NCBI GenBank assembly: GCA_035502815.1
Contig: DATJUA010000053.1
Location: 4,415-68,414 of the forward strand
Direction: 5' to 3'
DNA length: 64,000 bases
From: Solirubrobacteraceae bacterium
Lineage (GTDB): Bacteria > Actinomycetota > Thermoleophilia > Solirubrobacterales > Solirubrobacteraceae
Notes under the pieces: model-generated
The model's input: only the letters and a program-made list of their open reading frames with translations
The model's database searches: none
Told to the model about the DNA's origin: nothing
Made by a program: the position numbers and the translations under genes
Part shown: positions 9,698 through 19,320 of the stretch, piece after piece
Layout: every line of letters starts with the position of its first letter
Position numbering within the stretch: the stretch's first letter is position 1

Positions 9698-10827
9698 GTT
9701 CCGCGCCCGCGCAACGGCTGGCCGGCCTCGGCACGACGATCTTCACCGAGATGACCGCGCTCGCCGTTCGGACCGGCTCGATCAACCTGGGGCAGGGGTT
9801 TCCCGACACCGACGGGCCGGTGGCGGTGATCGAGGCGGCGGTCAGTGCGCTGCGTTCGGGTGAGAACCAGTACGCGCCGCTTCCCGGAGTGCCCGCGCTG
9901 CGCGAGGCGGTGCTCGAGCACCAGCGCGAGTGGTACGGCCTCGAGCCCGAGGACGTTCTGATCACGTTCGGCGCCACCGAGGCCATCGCCTCAGCGCTGC
10001 TCGGGCTGTGCGATCCGGGCGATGAGGTGGTGGTGCTCGAGCCTTACTACGACTCCTACGCGGCGTGCATCTCGTTTGCCGGCGCCACGCGGCGTCCGGT
10101 GACGCTGCGCCCGCCCGGGTTCGAGGTGACGGCCGGGGCGCTGCAAGATGCGATTGGACCCCGTGCCCGGCTGCTGCTGCTCAACTCGCCGCACAACCCG
10201 ACCGGACGCGTGCTCACCCGCGATGAGCTCGAGCTGATCGCCGCCGAGTGCCGCGAGCGCGACCTGGTCTGCGTGACCGACGAGGTCTACGAGCACCTCG
10301 TGTACGACGGCGAGCACATCCCGATCGCCACGCTCCCGGGCATGGCGCAGCGAACCTTGACGATCTCGAGCGTCGGCAAGTCGTTCTCGGTCACCGGTTG
10401 GAAGATCGGATGGTGCTCGGGTCCGGCCCCGCTGGTCGCCGCCACCCGCATGGTCAAGCAGTACCTGACGTTCGCCGGCGGCACCCCGTTGCAGCACGCA
10501 GCTGCCGCTGCACTTCGACTTCCGCGCGCCGAGATCGCCGGGCCGGCGGACGATCTGCGGGCCAAGCGCGATCAGCTTTGCGCTGGGCTCGAGGCCGCGG
10601 GGCTGCGCCCGTACGTGCCGGCGGGCACGTACTTCGTCAACGCCGACGTCGGGACGGATGCGGTCGAGTTCTGCCGGGAACTGCCGGAGCGCTGTGGAGT
10701 GGTCGCGATCCCGACGGGCGTCTTCTACGACGATAAGGACGTCGCGCGCACGATGGCGCGGTTCGCGTTCTGCAAGCGACCCGAAGTTATTGCGCAGGCG
10801 GCCGAGCGACTCGCTTCGCTCGCGTGA
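9694..10827 (+). CDS. PLP aminotransferase class I/II (DapC/methionine aminotransferase-like)
   Basis: NLGQGFPD, NSPHNPTG, DEVY and SVGKSFSVTGWKIG motifs. Confidence 0.9.
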   Translation: MSSAPAQRLAGLGTTIFTEMTALAVRTGSINLGQGFPDTDGPVAVIEAAVSALRSGENQYAPLPGVPALREAVLEHQREWYGLEPEDVLITFGATEAIASALLGLCDPGDEVVVLEPYYDSYAACISFAGATRRPVTLRPPGFEVTAGALQDAIGPRARLLLLNSPHNPTGRVLTRDELELIAAECRERDLVCVTDEVYEHLVYDGEHIPIATLPGMAQRTLTISSVGKSFSVTGWKIGWCSGPAPLVAATRMVKQYLTFAGGTPLQHAAAAALRLPRAEIAGPADDLRAKRDQLCAGLEAAGLRPYVPAGTYFVNADVGTDAVEFCRELPERCGVVAIPTGVFYDDKDVARTMARFAFCKRPEVIAQAAERLASLA

Positions 10828-10836
10828 AGCGAAGTC

Positions 10837-11778
10837 CTACGGCTTCGGGTTCACGTGCTGGAAGCCGAAGCGTCCCTTGATGCACAGGTTGCCGCGCGTG
10901 ATGTCGTGATCCGCGGGCGAGGTCACCTTGACGATCTGGTTGTCCTGCACGTGCAGGACTAGGTTGCAACCAACGCCGCAGTACGGGCAGATCGTGTCGG
11001 TCTTGGTCTGACGTGACTCGTCCCACGTCGCGGCGTCGCGTAGGTCGTGCTCGGACTTGAACATGAGCGCGCCGGTCGGGCACACCGCGATGCAGTTGCC
11101 GCAGTACACGCAGGCCGACTCGGGCAGCGGGTTGGCGTACTCGGTGGAGATGCGAGCGTCAAATCCGCGCCCGGCGACGGTGATCGCGAACGTGTTCTGA
11201 TACTGCTCGCCGCACGCGTCGACGCACTTGTAACACAGGATGCACTTCGAGTAGTCGCGTATGTACAGGTCGTTGTCGACCTTGGTCGGGGCGCGGACGG
11301 TGGCGGCCGTCTGACCGTCGGGGCGCTCGTGATGGCCCGCGTGCTTGTGGTCACGATCCGGATCGGGCGGGGACGGCGGCCCGTAGCGCTCGGGCTTGCC
11401 GTCGTAGCGCTTGAGGTAATCGCCCGCCACCTGGGTGATCGACAGGTCGACGCTCGAGGCGAGAAACTCAATCACCATCTTGCGGCTGTGGCGCACGCGT
11501 TCGGAGTCGGTGCGGACGACCATGTCGGGCTCGACCTTGCGCGAGCACGCGGGCACGAGCATGCGCGATCCCTCGAGCTCGACCACGCAGATCCGGCACG
11601 CATTGGCGGGCATCAGCGTCTCGCCGTAGCACAGCGTGGGCGTGTCGATCCCGAGCTGGCGACACGCGTCGAGAATCGTCGAGCCTTCGGGCACCTCGAC
11701 CGGCTGCTCGTCGATCGTCAGCGTGATCTGCCGGACGACCGGTTCGGGCGGAGCCATGGGCAGCTGGATCGGGTTCAC
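10837..11778 (-). CDS. Formate dehydrogenase Fe-S subunit (NuoG-N-like 2Fe-2S + 2x4Fe-4S + C-terminal molybdopterin-type Fe4S4 domain)
   Basis: GTG at 11778 overlaps the upstream stop. PTLC..ACRICVVE..PAC, CILCYKC, CVYCGNCIAVCPTG and TICPYCGVGC...LCIKG motifs. Confidence 0.88.
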   Translation of the reverse strand: MNPIQLPMAPPEPVVRQITLTIDEQPVEVPEGSTILDACRQLGIDTPTLCYGETLMPANACRICVVELEGSRMLVPACSRKVEPDMVVRTDSERVRHSRKMVIEFLASSVDLSITQVAGDYLKRYDGKPERYGPPSPPDPDRDHKHAGHHERPDGQTAATVRAPTKVDNDLYIRDYSKCILCYKCVDACGEQYQNTFAITVAGRGFDARISTEYANPLPESACVYCGNCIAVCPTGALMFKSEHDLRDAATWDESRQTKTDTICPYCGVGCNLVLHVQDNQIVKVTSPADHDITRGNLCIKGRFGFQHVNPKP

Positions 11779-13688
11779 GCGGGCGCTCCTCCATTCACGT
11801 TGCCGTTGCCGTTGCTTGTGAAGACATCTAGTCGCGCGATCGCGGATTCGACGGCGCTCGACGCGGTTTGGCCGAGGCCGCAGATCGAGGCGTCGCGCAT
11901 GGCCCGGCCGATCTCGGCGATCAGGTTCAGCTCGTCCTGGACGGTTCCGCGCGTGCGCCCCGAGATCAGCCGCGCGAGCGCCTCCTCCTGACGGACGGTG
12001 CCGACCCGGCAGGGAACGCACTGGCCGCAACTCTCGTCGCGCATGAAGCCGGCGATCGTCATCAGCAGCTCGGGCACGTCGGCCTGGTCGTCGAGGACCA
12101 GCACGACGCCAGAGCCAAGCGTTGTTCCAGCCTCGCGGGCGTCCTCGAGCGTGAGCTTCAGGTCGAGGTAATCCGGGGTGACGAAGCTGCCCGCAGCACC
12201 GCCGAGGAGGACGGCGCGCAGGGTGCGCCCGGGGTTCACGCCACCGGCCAGCTCGAGCAGGTCGCGCAGCGTGGCCCCGAATGGAACCTCATAGGTTCCG
12301 GGCCGCTGCACGGCGCCCGAGACACAGAAGAGCTTCGGGCCGGTAGAGCGCTCGGTCCCGATCCGGGCGAACGCGATGCCTCCTTCCAGCACGATCGGGA
12401 GGACGTTGACCAGCGTCTCGACGTTGTTGACGACCGTGGGTTGGCCGAACAGGCCGCGCTCGACCGGGAACGGGGGCTTGTTGCGCGGCTCGCCGCGATA
12501 GCCCTCAATTGAGCCGAAAATCGCGGTCTCCTCGCCGCAGATGTAGGCGCCGGCACCCTTGCGCACCTCGATGTCGAAGCGCAGCTGTCCGCGACCGAGG
12601 ATGTCCTCGCCCAGCAGTGACTTCTCGCGCGCCTGTTCGAGCGCGTGCTCCAGCCGGCGCTGGCCGAGCGGATATTCGCCCCGCAGGTAGACGTAGCCGT
12701 GCTCGCAACCGGTGGCGAAGGCCACGATCGTCATCGCTTCGATCAGCGAGAACGGGTCGCCCTCGATGATCGTCCGGTCCTTGAACGTCCCCGGCTCTGA
12801 TTCGTCGGCATTGCAGATCAGATAGTGGGGGCGGCGAGGCTGGCGCGCGACAGCATCCCACTTGCGGCCGGCCGGGAACGCGGCCCCGCCGCGGCCCATC
12901 AGCTTCGAGTCGAGCGCCTCGCGGATGACGCCCTCGGGGCCAAGCTCGAATGCTCGGCGAAGCGCGTCGTAGCCGCCGTGGGCGCGGTAGTCGTCGAGGC
13001 TGCCGGGATCGACCAAACCGATTCGCTCGAGCAGGCGCAGCCCGGACTGACCCGCTGAGCCGCCGCCGTCAGGCGCCGCCGACCGTTCTAATTGCGGCGG
13101 CACCGCCGAGGGTGGCGGCGCCGGCGTCGCGCCGTTCACGATCTCGAGCAGTCCGCCGGAGTCGACCGCGGTCAGCTCGCGCTCGGCGGGGTTCTCGCCG
13201 GACTCGACGAGGAATGCGGCCGGCGCCCGGTCGCATTGGCCCAGACACGGACTGGCCAGCCAGGTGGTGCCGTCGTGGTCGCTTCCCTGGGGGCCGATCT
13301 GCTCCGTCAGGTTGTCGATCAGCTGCTGCGAGCCGGCGCACCGGCATACGAGGTCGTTGCACACGTGCAGTACTCGGGGCGCGCGCGGCTCAACGGAGAA
13401 CAGGGCGTAGAAGGTCGCGACGCCGAATACGTCCGCCGGGGGAATGGTCAGGCGTTGGGCGATGTAGCTGAGCGCCCCCGGGCTGATCCAGCCGGCACGC
13501 TCGTGGAGCGCGTGCAGCGTGGGGAGGAGCTGGTGGCGCTGGGCCCGCGCGGCGTGCCCGCCGTGGGCCGAATGACCGTTTTCGACCCGGTCGGCGCCGG
13601 CCCAGGCCGACACCGGGGGACCGAGGAACGCGTCGATCGCCGCGCGCTCGTCGGTGGTAGGTTCGGCGTCGAGGAGGCGGAGATCCAC
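11775..13688 (-). CDS. Fused NuoE-NuoF-like NAD(H)/FMN diaphorase subunit of formate dehydrogenase
   Basis: VATFY, C..C..CLGQC (NuoE); GRGGAAFP, NADESEPG, AYICGEET, ESCGQCVPC and ICGLG (NuoF). Confidence 0.92.
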   Translation of the reverse strand: MDLRLLDAEPTTDERAAIDAFLGPPVSAWAGADRVENGHSAHGGHAARAQRHQLLPTLHALHERAGWISPGALSYIAQRLTIPPADVFGVATFYALFSVEPRAPRVLHVCNDLVCRCAGSQQLIDNLTEQIGPQGSDHDGTTWLASPCLGQCDRAPAAFLVESGENPAERELTAVDSGGLLEIVNGATPAPPPSAVPPQLERSAAPDGGGSAGQSGLRLLERIGLVDPGSLDDYRAHGGYDALRRAFELGPEGVIREALDSKLMGRGGAAFPAGRKWDAVARQPRRPHYLICNADESEPGTFKDRTIIEGDPFSLIEAMTIVAFATGCEHGYVYLRGEYPLGQRRLEHALEQAREKSLLGEDILGRGQLRFDIEVRKGAGAYICGEETAIFGSIEGYRGEPRNKPPFPVERGLFGQPTVVNNVETLVNVLPIVLEGGIAFARIGTERSTGPKLFCVSGAVQRPGTYEVPFGATLRDLLELAGGVNPGRTLRAVLLGGAAGSFVTPDYLDLKLTLEDAREAGTTLGSGVVLVLDDQADVPELLMTIAGFMRDESCGQCVPCRVGTVRQEEALARLISGRTRGTVQDELNLIAEIGRAMRDASICGLGQTASSAVESAIARLDVFTSNGNGNVNGGAPA

Positions 13689-13702
13689 GTTACGTCAGTT
13701 AA

Positions 13703-15658
13703 CTACTCGCCGGCCTCGTGGCTGGCCAGCGCGGCCGTTTCCTTGGCGGCGCCGTTCAGCTTCTCCACGCGGACGGCCGTTGCCTTGAACTCGGCGGTCC
13801 CGGCCTTCGGGTCCGTGGCGTCGATCGTCAGCACGTTGACGTCGACCTGGTCTGGGAAGTGGAAGGTCATGAAGGCGAGTCCCGGGCGCAGGTTGGCGTC
13901 AAGGCGCACGGGTGCGTCGACCGAGCCGCGCCGCGAGCTGATCCGCACCACCTCGCCGGCCTCGACGTCGAGCTTCGTCGCGTCCTCCGGGTGGAGATCG
14001 AGCGTCTCTCCCCGGCGCAGGGGAGACTTGTAGAGGTTCGACTGCACTCCGGTGTTGTAGGAGTCCAGGCGCCGGCCGGTGGTGAGTCGCATCGGGAACT
14101 CGTCGCTCAGCTCGTCGATCGGCGGCACCCAGGTCGTGACCGAGAACGGCGCCTTGGGTCCTCTGACCGGCTCCTCCCACAACCGGTCGTGGAGGTAAAG
14201 CGACCCGGGATGGTCCTCGTTCAGGCACGGCCACTGGATGCCGCCGTGCTGCTCGAGTCGCTCGTAGCTCATGCCGGCATGCATCGGGCTGAGGGTGCGC
14301 AGCTCGTTCCAGGCGTCCTCGAGCGTGGGCTCACCCCAGTCGTGTCCGAGGCGACGGGCGAGTTCGCCGATGATCCAGTGATCATCCCGCGCCTGGCCGG
14401 GCGGATCGAGCGCCTTGCGCATCAGCTGCACGCGGCGCTCGCTGTTGGTCACGGTCCCGCCGTCGACCTCGCACCACGAGGCAGACGCGGGCAGCACCAC
14501 GTCGGCTAGCTCGGCCGTCTTGGTCATGAGGATGTCCTGGACGATCAGGAAGTCGAGTCCTTCGAGCAGCTCCAGCGTCTTCTTTGAGTCGGCCTCGGAC
14601 TGAGCCGGGTTCTCGCCGAACACGTACAGGGTCTTGAGATCGCCGCGCTCCATCCCTTCGAACATCTGCGTCAGGTGCCAGCCGTACTTGGGGACGATCG
14701 GCGTGCCCCAGGCGGCCTCGAACTTCGCCCGCGCCGCCTCGTCCTTCTCGATGTCCTGGAAGCCGGGAAGCTTGTTCGGGATCGCACCCATGTCGCCGCC
14801 GCCCTGGACGTTGTTCTGGCCGCGGAGCGGGTTGAGCCCCGATCCGTAGCGCCCCACGTGGCCGGTCAGGAGCGCCAGGTTGATCAGCGACAGAACGTTG
14901 TCGACGGCGGTGACGTGCTCGGTGATACCGAGCGTCCAGCACAGGATCGCGCGGTCGGCGCGCGCGTACGCGTGGGCGAGCTCGCGGATCGTCTCGGCAG
15001 GCACGCCGGTGATCCGCTCGCCCTCCTCGAGCGTCCACTTCTCGACCGATGCCTTGAATTCCTCGAAGCCGGTCGTGGCGTTTTCGATGAAGACGTCGTT
15101 GGTCAGCCCGGCGTGGATGATCTCCCGGGCGACCGTGTTGGCCAGCGCGATGTCGGTGCCGACGTCGAGCCCGAGCCAAGTGTCGGCCCACTGCGCGCTG
15201 CTCGCGCGGCGCGGATCGACGCCGTAGAGCTTCGCGCCACGGTGGATCGCTTTGAGGACATGATGGAAGAAGATCGGATGCGTTTCGCGCGCGTTCGATC
15301 CCCACAGGATCAGCAGATCCGTTTCCTCGACCTCCTTATAGGACGACGTTCCGCCGCCCGCACCGAACACAGTCGCCAGACCGACGACGCTGGGAGCGTG
15401 TCAAGTGCGGTTGCACGAGTCGATGTTGTTCGACCCCATCACGGAACGCACGAACTTCTGCGCCAGGAAGTTGACCTCGTTCGAGGCCTTCGAGCAGCTG
15501 AACATGCCGAACGAGCGCGTCGTGTCCGTGGCCTTGGCCCGGGCGAGCCCGGCCGCCGCGACGTCAAGCGCCTCGTCCCAGCTCGCCGGGCGAAGCGTTC
15601 CGTTCTCGCGCACCATCGGCTCTGTCAGCCGGCCGCGTTGCTTTGGCAATCCAATCAC
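13703..15658 (-). CDS. Formate dehydrogenase catalytic (Mo/W-bisPGD) subunit, selenocysteine-containing via in-frame UGA at 15401-15403
   Basis: ORFs 15401..15658 and 13703..15370 are one frame: SNNIDSCNRT-UGA-HAPSVVGLATVFG aligns with FdhF NNVDCCARV-U-HGPSVAGL. LRGQNNVQG is present. The true start may be TTG at 15649. Confidence 0.9.
15372..15388 (-). promoter_or_regulatory. Bacterial SECIS-like hairpin
   Basis: 13 nt after the UGA: GUCGUC-GGUCU-GGCGAC stem-loop. GGUCUG lies at the same offset as in E. coli fdhF as I recall it. Confidence 0.75.
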
Positions 15659-15809
15659 CTCCTTCCATCAGTCCGGGCCCGTAGCGCGGGCTGTTGGACA
15701 TATAAGTACAAGGGTAGAGGCTCGGGCCGATGGGGACAAATCTCGCGGGCGGGTTTTCGTCCGCTGTCTGACGCCGGCGGCGCAGGCGGGTTTCTCCCCT
15801 CCCCGCACC

Positions 15810-16099
15810 GATCCGGGGTTTCTTCGCACTCGCCCCGCCGCCCGGGGTGAATGCCCGTTCACCCGGCTCCTGCACGGGTTTCGTCGCCCTCGTCCCGTCG
15901 CCGGCGGTGAATGCCCCGTCACCCGGCTCCTCTGTTCTCGAATTTCGTCGCACTCGCCCACGATCCCGGGTTTCTTCGCACTCGCCCCGTCGCCCGGGGT
16001 GAATGCCCGTTCACCCGGCTCCTGCACGGGTTTCGTCGCCCTCGCCCCGTCGCCGGCGGTGAATGCCCCTTTACCCGGCTCTTGCACGGGTTCTGTCGC
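15810..16099. repeat. Intergenic 60-bp-period palindromic repeat array (REP/BIME-like)
   Basis: Units start at 15816, 15876, 15968 and 16028, with a core of type ggtgaa-tgcccg-ttcacc (degenerate in units 2 and 4). The 120-bp dimer is duplicated at a 152-bp offset. Confidence 0.85.
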
Positions 16100-16164
16100 G
16101 CTGCTGCACGTGCTGGCGCGCGGTCCCTTGTGCCGATACCACAAGTTCCGGCCGCCGGAGATGG

Positions 16165-16212
16165 AGCCTGGTCGTGAAACGTCCCTCGGAGCCAACGTTT
16201 CACGACCAGGCT
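16165..16212. repeat. Perfect 18-bp inverted repeat (hairpin or operator)
   Basis: agcctggtcgtgaaacgt (16165-16182) and acgtttcacgaccaggct (16195-16212), 12-nt loop. Confidence 0.8.
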
Positions 16213-16330
16213 TCGCAAGATCACGCGAATCGCGATTGGGGCCCTTCCAACCGCGCCTCGAGGCGGGGGTGCCGGCTAGCCGCCTCGGGGCGGTGGCCGT
16301 GGTCAGCTCGGACTGGCGGCCGCCGGAACC

Positions 16331-17080
16331 TCAGGCGTCCGGACGGTGGCGCTCGAGCAGCTCGCCGGCGCGGTCGCGCTCGAGCGGGCCGAGCGACGCC
16401 GGCGCCAGCTCATAACGCGTCGCGTAGTCGGCGAGCAGGGCCCGACGGACCTCGTCGATCCCCACGCCGGGCGCCTCGTCGGACACCGCCCCGGTCGTGT
16501 CCGGGTCCCACTCCAGCCCGAGCGCGGCGTACACGGGAACGAGCACCTCGCGGATCGCGGTGGCGGACTGCACGACGACGACGCTCGAATGCAGCCAGGA
16601 TCCCCGCACGATTCGCTCGGCGGCGCCGATCAGCTTCACTTGCCCGCGCGCGTTGACGCTGAACTCGCCGGGGCAGTATTCGCCGGACACCTCACCGACC
16701 CGCGCGTCGACCCCCAGGCGCCGCAACGCGTCGGCCTGCCGGTGGGCGTCCCGCGCGAAGCGCTCGCGGATCCCGGGGATCGACGGCCCCGCCGGCATGA
16801 CCTCGTCGAAGATCAGGCAGCCCTCGTTATACGCGGCCGCGCGGCCGCCGGCGCCGCGGACCACGGGCGCGAAGTCGTGCCCGCGCGCGGCGGCAACGGC
16901 AGCCCCAAACCCGGGCCGGAAGCGGTCGCGGCGCCCGAACGCGACGGTCGCCTGCGGGCGGTAGCAGCGGATCACCGGCGGGCGCTGACCCGAGGCGACC
17001 AGGTCGAGCAGTGCGTGCGCCATCGCCACGTCCAGGACGGGATCGGTGCCGGCCCGACCTTCGACGAGCTCGACGTGCAC
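16331..17080 (-). CDS. Lipoate-protein ligase A family protein
   Basis: TVAFGRRD, RGAGGRAAAY and YCPGEFSV..KLIGAA motifs. Confidence 0.82.
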   Translation of the reverse strand: MHVELVEGRAGTDPVLDVAMAHALLDLVASGQRPPVIRCYRPQATVAFGRRDRFRPGFGAAVAAARGHDFAPVVRGAGGRAAAYNEGCLIFDEVMPAGPSIPGIRERFARDAHRQADALRRLGVDARVGEVSGEYCPGEFSVNARGQVKLIGAAERIVRGSWLHSSVVVVQSATAIREVLVPVYAALGLEWDPDTTGAVSDEAPGVGIDEVRRALLADYATRYELAPASLGPLERDRAGELLERHRPDA

Positions 17081-17089
17081 GGCCTGCTT

Positions 17090-18007
17090 CTAGAGCTCGG
17101 CGATCCGCTGCACGACGGCGGGATCGACCTCGAGCGCGGTCACGTTCTCGGCGATCTGCGCCGGCGCGGTGGCGCCGAACAGCGCGCTCGCCACCGCCGG
17201 GTTGGCCAGGGCGAAGGCGATCGCCAGCGCGGCGGAGCTGACCCCAAGCTCGCGGGCCAGCGCGTGCAGCCGGCGCCCGCGCTCGCGTGCGTCCGCCAGC
17301 CGTGGCGCGTCGAGCTCGCCGGCGGCGCGGCCCGTCCCGCCGGCGTCGTACTTGCCGGTCAAGACCCCGCCGGCCAGCACGAACGATGCGACCGCGCCGG
17401 CGCCCGAGGCGGCGAGCGCATCGGTCATGTCGGCGCCCTCCACCCAGTCGCGCCTCACCAGGCTGTACGGGAGCTGGGCGGCGCACGGCATCGGGACGCC
17501 CAGCTCTTGCGCCGCGCGGACAGCCTCGCCGAACGGTCCGGCCTGCCAGTTGACGATTCCCCAGGCCCGGGCCTTGCCGGAGCTGATCAGCTCGCCGATC
17601 GCGGCCACCATGTCCCCGACCGGCAGGCCCTCGGGCGGTGGGTTGGCGTAGATCAGGTCGACGTACTCGAAGCCCATCCGGGCCAGTGAGCCGTCGAGCT
17701 CGGCGGCGGCGCTCTGCTCGGGCCAGAACTCCCACCACAGCTTGTTGGAGACGATGGTGTCGGCGCGCGCCCAGCCGGCGGTCCGGAACAGCTCGCCGAA
17801 CAGGAGCTCGGAGTAGCCCGTCGGGATGGGCGCGCTGCCCGTCTCGTCGTTGTAGCGCGCGTCGTCGAGGAAGTTGATGCCGTACTCGCGCGCGGCGAGC
17901 ATCACGGCAAGACCGTCCTCGCGCGGGATGCGCTCGAACGTGCGCCACGAACCCAGCGACAGGCGCGAGACGTCGAGCTCCGACCGTCCCAGTCGTTGCC
18001 TGGGCAT
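17090..18007 (-). CDS. Aldo/keto reductase
   Basis: LGRSELDVSRLSLGSW, GINFLDDARY, SLARMGFEYVDL and AQLPYSL motifs. Confidence 0.88.
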   Translation of the reverse strand: MPRQRLGRSELDVSRLSLGSWRTFERIPREDGLAVMLAAREYGINFLDDARYNDETGSAPIPTGYSELLFGELFRTAGWARADTIVSNKLWWEFWPEQSAAAELDGSLARMGFEYVDLIYANPPPEGLPVGDMVAAIGELISSGKARAWGIVNWQAGPFGEAVRAAQELGVPMPCAAQLPYSLVRRDWVEGADMTDALAASGAGAVASFVLAGGVLTGKYDAGGTGRAAGELDAPRLADARERGRRLHALARELGVSSAALAIAFALANPAVASALFGATAPAQIAENVTALEVDPAVVQRIAEL

Positions 18008-18014
18008 GCCGGTC

Positions 18015-18635
18015 TCAGGGGGCAAGCCGCTGCACCTTCCAGCCGCCGTCCGCCTCCGGCAAGTAGAGCAGCCGATCGTGCATCCGGCTGGTTCGGTGCT
18101 GCCAGAACTCGAACCGCTCGGGATGCAGGCGGTAGCCGCCCCAAGACTCGCTCAACGGCAACTCGCCGCTGGCCGGATACTCGTCGGCGAGCTCGCCGGC
18201 TCGTTCTTCGAGCCACTCGCGGCTCGGAATCGGTCGGCTCTGCGGCGAGGCGAGCGCGCTCAGCTGGCTCCCGCGCGGGCGAGTCCGGGCGTAGGCGAGA
18301 GAATCCTCGCGCGCGGTGCGCTGCACCGGGCCCTCGATCCGCACCTGGCGGCCGAGCTGTTGCCAGTGGAAGAGCAGGGCGGCGCGCGGGTTGGCCGCGA
18401 GCTCGAGCCCCTTGCGGCTCTCGTAGTTGGAGTAGAAGACGAATCCGGTTTCATCGGCCCGCTTGAGGAGCACCATTCGCACCGATGGCGCGCCGTCGGG
18501 CGTGGCGGTGGCGAGCGCCATGGCCTCGGGTTGCGAGATTGCTGCCTCGGTGGCCTGCTCGAACCAGCGCCTGAACTGGCGGACGGGATCGGGGTCGACG
18601 TCTTCTTCCCAGAGCGGGATGTCCTCCTCGGTCAT
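18015..18635 (-). CDS. pdxH: Pyridoxamine 5'-phosphate oxidase
   Basis: AMALAT, RMVLLK, NYESRKG, RQVRIEG, WGGY and EFWQHRTSRMHDR motifs; ATG at 18635. Confidence 0.93.
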   Translation of the reverse strand: MTEEDIPLWEEDVDPDPVRQFRRWFEQATEAAISQPEAMALATATPDGAPSVRMVLLKRADETGFVFYSNYESRKGLELAANPRAALLFHWQQLGRQVRIEGPVQRTAREDSLAYARTRPRGSQLSALASPQSRPIPSREWLEERAGELADEYPASGELPLSESWGGYRLHPERFEFWQHRTSRMHDRLLYLPEADGGWKVQRLAP

Positions 18636-18665
18636 GCCCGCGATTATTAGTCTTCGGGTCACTCG

Positions 18666-19313
18666 ATGCCTGCGCCACCGAAGATCATCCACCTCGACCA
18701 GCTCGAGTCGATTCCGGGCCCGGGAACGCTCACCTGGCATCCCGTCCGGCTGACGCTGGGTGTGCGAGCGTTCGGCTGCAACGCGTACACCGCCGGCGAG
18801 CCCGGACAAGAGGTGGTCGAGCCGCATACCGAGGACCCCAAGCTCGCCCATCAGGAGCTGTACTTCGTCGCGGCCGGTCGGGCGCGGTTCACGATCGACG
18901 GCGAGTCCTACGACGCGCCGGCGGGGACGTACGTTTTCGTCCCCGACCCGGCCTCGCATCGGCGCGCGGTCGCCTCGGAGCCGGGCACGACCGTCCTCAG
19001 CTTCGGCGGACCGCCGACGTTCGAGCCCTCCGCGTGGGAGTGGTCGTTCCGGGCGGCGCCGCTTATCCGGACCGAGCCGGAGCGCGCCCGCGAGATCCTG
19101 GTTGAAGGCCTCGAGGCCCATCCGGAATCCGCGTCGCTTCACTACAGCGTGGCCTGTCTGGAGGCGGTGGACGGGAACCGGGACGCGGCGTTCGCCGCGC
19201 TTGGGCGTGCGGTCGAACTCAAGCCCGAAGCGGCGGACTGGGCACGCGCCGACGAGGACTTCAAGGCCCTCCGGGAGGATCCGGAGTTCCGGGCTCTGAC
19301 GGCGCTACCGTAG
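18666..19313 (+). CDS. Cupin domain protein with C-terminal TPR-like region
   Basis: EPHTE..HQELYFV..G cupin motif; YSVAC...A...L.RAVEL..WARADEDF TPR-like tail. Confidence 0.75.
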   Translation: MPAPPKIIHLDQLESIPGPGTLTWHPVRLTLGVRAFGCNAYTAGEPGQEVVEPHTEDPKLAHQELYFVAAGRARFTIDGESYDAPAGTYVFVPDPASHRRAVASEPGTTVLSFGGPPTFEPSAWEWSFRAAPLIRTEPERAREILVEGLEAHPESASLHYSVACLEAVDGNRDAAFAALGRAVELKPEAADWARADEDFKALREDPEFRALTALP

Positions 19314-19320
19314 CCCTGCG

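Noticed and set aside
15401-15403. Nonsense mutation / FDH pseudogene
   Set aside because: The UGA is at the catalytic Cys/Sec position, a SECIS-like hairpin follows and the rest of the frame is intact.
15810-16099. CRISPR array
   Set aside because: The whole 60-bp units repeat with no unique spacers, and there are no cas genes in the window.
15405-16415. Long ORFs across the repeat region (15405..16415, 15564..15953, 15668..16195)
   Set aside because: They are translations of GC-rich repeats with no recognisable domain and overlap real features.
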